From assembly GCA_016215115.1 (NCBI GenBank), contig JACRLN010000033.1:16279-80278 (forward strand): a stretch of 64,000 bases of DNA. The letters are read 5' to 3'. The first letter of the stretch is position 1. Each line of letters starts with the position of its first letter. Positions 57,452 through 64,000 of this stretch are shown here, one piece after another. The position numbers and the translations under genes are program-made. The DNA is from Nitrospirota bacterium (GTDB taxonomy: Bacteria > Nitrospirota > Thermodesulfovibrionia > UBA6902). The notes beneath the pieces were generated by a model. It saw only the letters and a program-made list of their open reading frames with translations. It did no database searches and had not been told where the DNA came from.

Positions 57452-59899
57452 ATGAATATTTTGTTTGTAATAATCGTTTCATTGTTCTTGATTGTTTGCC
57501 CCCCCTCATATGATATCCAGGCTGCGCTACAAAATGATGCTGCTGCACCTCTGAAGGTCAGGGCCAGTAATCATTCCGAGTTTCTAAGAATAGTTTTGGA
57601 AGGCCCGAAGACTTTAATATCAAAAGGGAAGGTGAACCAGAAAGAAAAAAATATATTCGCCAAATTCTCTGATTCAGATTTTACATTACAAAACGAAAAA
57701 AGCCATGTTCCCTGCAAAAGGAATAATGACACCCTGGTATTTTCATTAAACTATATAGGCGATATAAAGGTTTTTACTCTTGAGGAACCGAGCCGGCTCA
57801 TTATTGATATATTTAAAAAAGCACAAAAAAATAAAATAGGCAACGAAGGTAATAAAGTTAAAAACAATAAAAGCAGGGTCATGGAAAAATATGAGAAGAA
57901 AGACGCGGGGAAATCATTAACAAGCATATCTGAACGGCATGCATATAACAGTACAAAGGATAAAGGAAATAAAAACAACCCTTCTGCATCTTTCTTTAGC
58001 ACGGAGGCTGAAGCCTCAACAATACAGGAAAGAGACGATATCAGGCGACCAAATCTGGAGCAAAATCAAAAGGACAAAAGTACAGTAATTGCTGCAGATG
58101 ATATTGATGATGACTACAGTTTTATTCCGGAAAAATATAAAAAAGTATGGTCTGTTTTCAAAAAAGAGAATAACCCTTATAAAGTCATTTCAGAGCTTTC
58201 CGCAAATAAACCTTCTGATGTTGAATCTCTTGCTGTTTATCACTTTATCCGTGGAGAAGCATTGAGTGAAATAAAGCGGTATTTTGAAGCAATAGAACAA
58301 CTGCGTCTGGCATATATATATGCATCAAATGAAAAGCTGAAAGAAGTGTCTCTCATCAAAAGGGCAGAGGCATATGTAAAACTCGGTTTTATATATGAAG
58401 CAAAAAATAATTATTTTGTCTTCATCAGAGATTATCCGTCATCAAAATACCTTGCAAAGGCGCATCTTGGGATGGCAAACAGCCTGTCGGAGATTGGTTA
58501 TTTTACTGAAGCAGTGGAGCATTACAGAATGGCAGGAAACAATCCTGAAGTCATGTTTAATATGGCAAATGCATTACAAAAGCTTGAGAAAGTAGATGAA
58601 GCACACAAGGCATATTCGAATGCCATGCTTGTCGACAGAAATTATCCCGAAAGATCCCCGGAGACTTATTATCTTATGGGTGAAAATTTATGGATGTCCG
58701 GGAAACTTATAGAAGCAAAAAAAATATTATCAACGATCAACAGCGGTCCTTTCAGAGACAACGCCAGCATAAGTCTCGGTCTTATAGCTATGGAAGAGTC
58801 AAATAATGACGAGGCTATAAAACATTTCCAGTCTGTTGCTTTTACCAGGAATATAAAGGTAAAGGTTAAAGCATTATTCAACCTTTCATTAGCGTTTTTA
58901 AAAACCGGCAAGTTGAAGGAATCAATTTCAACTCTTGAGGAAGTAAGAAAAAATTATCCTGATTCCTCTATGTATGACGAAGCATTGCTTGTTCTCTCAA
59001 GACTTTATAAACATGAAGGCAGAATAAAAGAATCTGTTGCTTTATTAAAGGAACTTGTTTATGGAAATCACCCTCCGATGGAAGCTTTCGGCGAGCTTGA
59101 GGCTATCCTCCTTGAAGCAAGCGGAAAGACAGTCCCCGGGGCAGAAGGAGAATTACGTTTTACAGATTTATGGAGAGAAGTAGGCCAGTGGATGCTTGAT
59201 GAAACAAGAGGGGAATTTTTACTGAAGATGGCAAAAAGTCTTAAACCTGAGGGTAAACCATTCTTGCAGTTGTGTTCATGGCTTGTTGAGAATACATCAG
59301 GGAATGTAAGGCAAACTGCAGCTCTTGATCTTGCAGACTATTATGCCGGTTTAGAAGACATCCGGCTTGCAGAAAAATATTTTACAGTAGTGAAAGAGAC
59401 AAACAGGGAATTGAAGGCAAAACAGTCGAATGACTCTATTCTGAGAATTGAAGCAAAAATAAGCCAGGGCAACAAAAACACCGACTTGGCATTAAAAAAC
59501 ATTATGGCAATAAAAGAGTTTGAGAAAGGGGATTTTAAACTGCTTGGAAAAACAATATCTGACTTGAAACAATCTGGTTCAAACAATGTAAAACAGGCCA
59601 CAGCCTTATATGAAAAAATGATAAATAAATATGATGGAGAGGCAGAAGATTATGTCAGATTGGCTGATATTCTTTATGACACCGATGAAGAAAGTGCGCT
59701 TAAATATTACCGGACTGCTTATGAGAAAAACCCTAAAGATGAATGGACCATATACAGAATCGGGCTTATCGTTGATATGCCCGAGACAAGTAAGATGCTG
59801 GGTCAGTTGCAAAAAGGTGATAATTTGTTAAGCCGTATGGCAAAAACAAAGCTTATGGAGATTAATCTTTTAAATAAAATAAACGAGGTATATCAATAA
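57452..59899 (+). CDS. Secreted/periplasmic TPR-repeat protein (815 aa)
   Basis: N-terminal hydrophobic signal-like segment, Lys-rich low-complexity linker, multiple TPR-like repeats. The true start may lie slightly downstream. Confidence 0.65.
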   Translation: MNILFVIIVSLFLIVCPPSYDIQAALQNDAAAPLKVRASNHSEFLRIVLEGPKTLISKGKVNQKEKNIFAKFSDSDFTLQNEKSHVPCKRNNDTLVFSLNYIGDIKVFTLEEPSRLIIDIFKKAQKNKIGNEGNKVKNNKSRVMEKYEKKDAGKSLTSISERHAYNSTKDKGNKNNPSASFFSTEAEASTIQERDDIRRPNLEQNQKDKSTVIAADDIDDDYSFIPEKYKKVWSVFKKENNPYKVISELSANKPSDVESLAVYHFIRGEALSEIKRYFEAIEQLRLAYIYASNEKLKEVSLIKRAEAYVKLGFIYEAKNNYFVFIRDYPSSKYLAKAHLGMANSLSEIGYFTEAVEHYRMAGNNPEVMFNMANALQKLEKVDEAHKAYSNAMLVDRNYPERSPETYYLMGENLWMSGKLIEAKKILSTINSGPFRDNASISLGLIAMEESNNDEAIKHFQSVAFTRNIKVKVKALFNLSLAFLKTGKLKESISTLEEVRKNYPDSSMYDEALLVLSRLYKHEGRIKESVALLKELVYGNHPPMEAFGELEAILLEASGKTVPGAEGELRFTDLWREVGQWMLDETRGEFLLKMAKSLKPEGKPFLQLCSWLVENTSGNVRQTAALDLADYYAGLEDIRLAEKYFTVVKETNRELKAKQSNDSILRIEAKISQGNKNTDLALKNIMAIKEFEKGDFKLLGKTISDLKQSGSNNVKQATALYEKMINKYDGEAEDYVRLADILYDTDEESALKYYRTAYEKNPKDEWTIYRIGLIVDMPETSKMLGQLQKGDNLLSRMAKTKLMEINLLNKINEVYQ

Positions 59900-61156
59900 T
59901 TGGATAAGACGGTCAGGCTTAACGAAGCATTTTACAGTTTTACGCAGGCCTCAAAAAGCCTGGAGACATATTATGCCAGGCTGAGCGAAAAAGTTCAGTA
60001 TCTTACCGGAGAGCTGGAGAAGAAGAACGCGCAGCTAAATGATGTTATTTCAAAACTGAGAGAATCAAAAGATTTTTTACACGCAGTATTGCAGAGTATA
60101 GGCGAGGCGATGATTGTCCTGGATCAGGATGAGAGAATTACCATGATAAACAGGGCGGCAGAAGAGCTTTTTTGTCTGAATCTGGCTGATGCCAGAGGTA
60201 CGATGTTTAAAGACCTGAAATATGCACTGGAAGAAAGCAGTTCCGGTACCGTATTAACTGTGAAAGGAAGGAGATATGATGTAATACGATCGCGATCGAC
60301 GGTATTTGATTCGACAGGTTCTGTTCGCGGTCATGTTATCCTGATCAAGGACATTACAAAACTTAAAGAACTTGAAAGGCAGGATGAGAGGAATTCAAGG
60401 CTTATAGCTATGGGGGAGATGGCTGCAAAAATTGTCCATGAGATAAGAAGCCCCCTGTGCAGTATAGAACTCTTTTCCACTATGCTTTCTAACGACCTTG
60501 AAGGGACTCCCCATGCAGAAATGTCCAAAGGTATTTCAACCGGCATTCAAAGCCTTAATAATATTCTTACAAATATGCTTTTATTTGCCAGGAATCAGAA
60601 ACCGTCTTTCAGGGACGTTAAGCTCCGCAATGTTATTGAAGAATCCATAAAGATGTTAACGCCTCTCATAGAAATCAGAGGAGTGAGTATTGCAGGAGAA
60701 TTGAAAGATGAGATTATAAACGGCGATGCTGAACTATCCAAGCAGGTTTTTATGAACATAATTCTTAATGCGATCCAGTCAATGCCTGATGGGGGAAAAT
60801 TAGAAGTAGTGATGGAAAAAGGTGATGAATTCATAACTGTAGCAGTTAGAGATGAGGGTGAGGGTATCAATCCCGAAAATATTGAAAAGATATTTGATCC
60901 GTTTTTCAGCACAAAAGATAGAGGCACAGGACTTGGTCTTACGATTGCTCACAAGATAATGCAGTGCCACAATGGTTTTATAAAGGCGTTTAAAAACGAT
61001 TATAAAGGCAGTACTTTTTGTCTTTATTTTCCAAAGAATAACAACAACTCCTCTGTCTCCTCCGTAGGAGCGGGTTTGAAACCCGCCCCTGCAAATAGGG
61101 CAATTAAAGAGGGGTTTGTTTCAGGAGTAACAAATGAAAACAATACTTGTGGTTGA
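59900..61156 (+). CDS. PAS-containing sensor histidine kinase (FlgS/FleS-like)
   Basis: H-box HEIRSPLCSIELFSTML and HATPase N/G boxes. Start abuts the TPR stop. Confidence 0.85.
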   Translation: MDKTVRLNEAFYSFTQASKSLETYYARLSEKVQYLTGELEKKNAQLNDVISKLRESKDFLHAVLQSIGEAMIVLDQDERITMINRAAEELFCLNLADARGTMFKDLKYALEESSSGTVLTVKGRRYDVIRSRSTVFDSTGSVRGHVILIKDITKLKELERQDERNSRLIAMGEMAAKIVHEIRSPLCSIELFSTMLSNDLEGTPHAEMSKGISTGIQSLNNILTNMLLFARNQKPSFRDVKLRNVIEESIKMLTPLIEIRGVSIAGELKDEIINGDAELSKQVFMNIILNAIQSMPDGGKLEVVMEKGDEFITVAVRDEGEGINPENIEKIFDPFFSTKDRGTGLGLTIAHKIMQCHNGFIKAFKNDYKGSTFCLYFPKNNNNSSVSSVGAGLKPAPANRAIKEGFVSGVTNENNTCG

Positions 61157-62429
61157 TGACGATCCGCAATTAAGGACAGCATTGAAAGAGGCTATTGTCA
61201 GAATAGGTTATTCTGTAATGCTTGCCGAAGATCCAATAGATGCGCTGAAGAAACTCGAAGACACCTCTGTATCGATGATTGTTACAGATATGAAAATGCC
61301 CAGAATGGACGGAGTTGCATTCATAAAAGAAGCAAGGAAAAGGGTTGGGAACCTGCCGATTCTTGTTATAACAGGTTTTGCGACAATTGAAAACGCTGTT
61401 AATGCCATGAAAGAAGGGGCGTGTGATTATCTGATGAAGCCGTTTTCTTTTGATTCTCTTATGAAGGCTGTTGAATCCATTATGTCGAGTGTTTCATATG
61501 CTCATAACGAACTATTAACCAACAATGAAAACATGAAGAATCTCATACAACTCTCACGGAGCGTTGCACTAAGCGATATGACAGTGCTTATTCTTGGCGA
61601 AAGTGGCACTGGAAAAGAACTGTTTGCAAGGTATATTCACAAGACAAGCCACAGAAGCAAAAAACAGTTTATCGCGGTTAATTGCGCGGCTATCCCGGAC
61701 AATCTTCTCGAATCCGAGCTTTTTGGTTATGAAAAAGGCGCTTTTACAGGCGCCCTGGAAAAGAAGATCGGCAAGTTTGAACTTGCTCACGGAGGCACAA
61801 TTCTTCTCGATGAAATAGGAGAAATGTCAGCAACATTACAGGCGAAATTATTGAGAGTTCTGCAGGAGAGGGAGATTGACAGGATAGGGAGTAAACAGCC
61901 TGTACCTGTTGATGTAAGGGTAATTGCTACTACCAACAGGGACCTGAAAAAAGAGATAAATGAAGGAAGGTTCAGAGAGGATCTCTATTACAGATTGAGC
62001 GCTTTCCCGATTCAATTACCTCCTTTAAGGGAAAGACCTGAAGATGTACTACTGCTCTCAGAACACTTTATAAAGAAGTTTGCTGAACAAATGAACAAAA
62101 CCGTTACAGGTTTTACAGATGAGGCCGTGGAGTTGCTTACAACACGGCAATGGAAAGGTAATATACGCGAACTTGAAAACGCAATTCATCGGTCAGTACT
62201 TATTGCTAAAAAAGACCTGATAGACTCAGATGACTTTATGCTTGAGGGAAATTCAAATCAATATCATCCGAACAACGGAAGCTTGAAGGAAATGGAAATG
62301 GATTTAATACATAGGACCCTTGAAGAAACAAATGGAAACAAGGCAAAGGCCGCAAAAAAACTTGGAGTGAGCGTAAGAACAATCAGGAACAAACTTGATG
62401 AATACGGGAAAAATTTTCCCACTGTGTGA
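61134..62429 (+). CDS. Sigma-54-dependent response regulator (FlgR/FleR-like)
   Basis: REC domain + [17 protein letters not shown]+ motifs + HTH. Lies immediately upstream of flgB. Confidence 0.9.
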   Translation: MKTILVVDDDPQLRTALKEAIVRIGYSVMLAEDPIDALKKLEDTSVSMIVTDMKMPRMDGVAFIKEARKRVGNLPILVITGFATIENAVNAMKEGACDYLMKPFSFDSLMKAVESIMSSVSYAHNELLTNNENMKNLIQLSRSVALSDMTVLILGESGTGKELFARYIHKTSHRSKKQFIAVNCAAIPDNLLESELFGYEKGAFTGALEKKIGKFELAHGGTILLDEIGEMSATLQAKLLRVLQEREIDRIGSKQPVPVDVRVIATTNRDLKKEINEGRFREDLYYRLSAFPIQLPPLRERPEDVLLLSEHFIKKFAEQMNKTVTGFTDEAVELLTTRQWKGNIRELENAIHRSVLIAKKDLIDSDDFMLEGNSNQYHPNNGSLKEMEMDLIHRTLEETNGNKAKAAKKLGVSVRTIRNKLDEYGKNFPTV

Positions 62430-62597
62430 AAAAATTGACACATGATGAAGACAGAAGTTAGGAAGATAGGAAGAATAAAAGATAAGAAAAGTTAAAAAAC
62501 TGCTGTTATTTTAACTTCTCAACTTCAAATTTTCTCAACTTTGTTATTTATAAGAGTGGCATAGTTTTTGATATATAAGTTGTAAGGAGACAAATAA

Positions 62598-62966
62598 ATG
62601 GACAAGGGATTCAAGATTCTCGAAAGAATGGTGCAGGCAGCAGATATAAGGCAAAAAGTAATAGCTTCTAATATTGCCAATTCGGATACACCGGGTTTCA
62701 AGGCAAAAGATGTAAAATTTAATAATCTTCTTGGAAAAGAAATGAAACTGTCAGCAACAAACCCTAAACATATTGGCGGTGGAAAAGCCGGTGAAATCAG
62801 CACCAGGACAGAAGTTGAAAATAATCTGTCCTGGGAGGATCGTAATAACGTGGAACTTAATGTCGAGGTTGCCAGGATGACGGAAAATGCTTTGCTGCAT
62901 GACACTGCCGTAACAATTTTGTCATCAAAAATAAGAATGTTTAAAAACGCCATAAGAACGAAATAA
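62598..62966 (+). CDS. flgB: Flagellar basal-body rod protein FlgB
   Basis: SNIANSDTPGFKAKDV rod-protein N-terminal signature. Confidence 0.9.
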   Translation: MDKGFKILERMVQAADIRQKVIASNIANSDTPGFKAKDVKFNNLLGKEMKLSATNPKHIGGGKAGEISTRTEVENNLSWEDRNNVELNVEVARMTENALLHDTAVTILSSKIRMFKNAIRTK

Positions 62967-63045
62967 AGATAAATGCAAATTGCAGATTTTAAAATTTATA
63001 ATCTGCAATTTGCAATCTCCTAAAAAGGAGACAGGGAGGTAGTAA

Positions 63046-63453
63046 ATGGATATCTTTAAGGTAAGCGCTTCAGCGCTGGAGGCACAGCGCATAAGAATGA
63101 ATACCATAGCCTCTAATATGGCAAATGCACAAACAACAAAAACAGGAGCAGGCGGGCCATATGTCAGGAAGGATGTTGTATTTTCACCAATGCAGGTTAC
63201 TTCAAATCCTGCTGAAAAACTTGAAGGGGTAAAAGTAAGAGAAGTAGTGGAAGATAATAAACCGCCTGTAACAATTTATGACCCGGGACATCCGGACGCT
63301 GATGAGAACGGTTATGTTTCAATGCCCAATATTAATGTTATCGAAGAGATGGTAAATATGATGATGGCTCTGCGCGCTTATGAAGCAAATGTCAGGTCGT
63401 TTAATATGTCCAAAGGCATGTATCAGAAGGCCCTTGAGCTAGGGAGGCAATAA
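63046..63453 (+). CDS. flgC: Flagellar basal-body rod protein FlgC
   Basis: ASNMANAQTTKT and C-terminal RAYEAN motifs. Confidence 0.9.
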   Translation: MDIFKVSASALEAQRIRMNTIASNMANAQTTKTGAGGPYVRKDVVFSPMQVTSNPAEKLEGVKVREVVEDNKPPVTIYDPGHPDADENGYVSMPNINVIEEMVNMMMALRAYEANVRSFNMSKGMYQKALELGRQ

Positions 63454-63752
63454 TGGCTGACATTCCTATAAAAAATATAGGCAATACAATTGCAACAAAT
63501 AATATTTCACAGAAGAATTCATCACAGCAGGTTTCAGGAAAAAATTTTGACGATGTCATTAATGATGCGATGAGCAAGGTTTCAGAGGTGCAGAATGATG
63601 TTGACAAGGCAGTGAATGAATTGGCAAAAGGCGGTGACATTACGAGCGCTATCCTTGCCGTGGAAAAAGCGGATATGTCATTCCAGTTGATGGTGGAGAT
63701 CAGAAATAAGCTTGTCAGTACTTATGAAGAGATAATGAGGATGCCGGTATAG
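63453..63752 (+). CDS. fliE: Flagellar hook-basal body protein FliE
   Basis: ~99 aa with FliE-like C-terminal SFQLMVEIRNKLVSTYEEIMRM; follows flgC. Confidence 0.8.
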   Translation: MADIPIKNIGNTIATNNISQKNSSQQVSGKNFDDVINDAMSKVSEVQNDVDKAVNELAKGGDITSAILAVEKADMSFQLMVEIRNKLVSTYEEIMRMPV

Positions 63753-63804
63753 GAATCAGCTATAAGCTTTTAGCTGTAAGCTATGAGCTAATAACTGGAG
63801 CCTG

Positions 63805-63920
63805 ATTATAAATTGCCGGTTCGTCATTCCCGTGAAAACGGGAATCCAGAAAATACAAACTGGATTTCGGCTTAAGGACCGCCGGAATGACAGACAAACA
63901 GAGTTTATAAATAGACTCTA
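63805..63920. repeat. REP-containing element family B, partial copy 3
   Basis: GTCATTCCCGTGAAAACGGGAATCCAG..CTGGATTTCGG..CCGGAATGACAGACAAACAGAGTTTATAAATAGACTCTA. Confidence 0.6.
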
Positions 63921-63960
63921 CTTATGGCTTAAAGCTTATGGCTAAAGAGAGGAGAAATTA

Positions 63961-64000
63961 TGGCAGCTATTGACAACATTATTGCAAACTTAAAGCTCTG
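63961..64000 (+). CDS. fliF: Probable start of flagellar M-ring protein FliF (3' truncated by the window end)
   Basis: MAAIDNIIANLKL follows fliE with an RBS (GAGAGGAG). Confidence 0.4.

Noticed and set aside
62553-62567. Sigma-54 promoter call upstream of flgB (TGGCAT-N5-TTGAT)
   Set aside because: The -12 element has GA instead of the highly conserved GC, so I kept it only as a remark inside a finding and not as a feature.
3346-63920. The recurring GCGGGAATCCAG / CTGGATTCCCGC hairpins as a CRISPR array
   Set aside because: The copies are dispersed singly, each in a different intergenic region. They are internally palindromic, paired with variable loops rather than unique spacers, and there are no cas genes. 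This is REP/MITE-like, not CRISPR.

Overview
AT-rich (roughly high-30s % G+C by eye) chromosomal window from an anaerobic, flagellated Gram-negative bacterium; gene content suggests a Deltaproteobacteria- or Nitrospirae-like lineage. Most of the window is housekeeping. This includes c-di-GMP signalling (PAS/GAF-GGDEF, NarL-type two-component pair) and outer-membrane biogenesis (tamB-bamA-surA-like). It also includes valS, nadC, and a split fatty-acid synthesis cluster (yceD-rpmF-plsX-fabH, fabD, rnc-fabF-acpP-fabG). Energy metabolism includes acd with etfBA (EtfA carries an N-terminal ferredoxin domain) and a NAD-linked formate dehydrogenase module (FdhA, NuoE-like, NuoF-like). fdhA carries an in-frame UGA that matches the E. 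coli FdhF selenocysteine site, followed by a SECIS-like hairpin. Also present are asd, leuB, purN/purM, ribF, a B12-binding radical SAM protein, a K+ channel, rlmN, a cheY-cheC-GGDEF operon, and two sigma-54 activators with a histidine kinase upstream of flgB-flgC-fliE-fliF. Three tRNAs lie on the minus strand: Ala(CGC), Glu(CUC) and Gln(CUG). The window is saturated with small repeats. There are 11 copies of a REP-like double-hairpin core (GTCATTCCCGC..GCGGGAATCCAG / CTGGATTCCCG..CGGGAATGAC), carried in at least three larger element families. One family is a ~158-bp MITE with 20-bp terminal inverted repeats, present in three near-identical copies. A truncated IS200/RAYT-type transposase remnant is also present. 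Many intergenic regions, and three ORFs in frame, carry inverted arrays of degenerate 7-8-bp tandem repeats. A G/C-hairpin repeat with a G11 tract splits rlmN. Two small insertions interrupt otherwise conserved gene pairs. The first is a ~2.3-kb stretch between acd and etfB in which the SEC-C/PIN-like and membrane ORFs are visibly G+C-richer, while the wHTH ORF is AT-rich. It encodes a winged-helix protein, an HNH remnant, a SEC-C-motif protein with a PIN-like region, and a small membrane protein. The second is a ~2-kb insertion between purN and purM carrying a nucleotidyltransferase pair, a BrnT/BrnA toxin-antitoxin pair and the RAYT remnant. A strongly Shine-Dalgarno-led gene for a Cys/Trp-rich small protein sits between two homologous ~95-nt hairpin elements next to tRNA-Ala.
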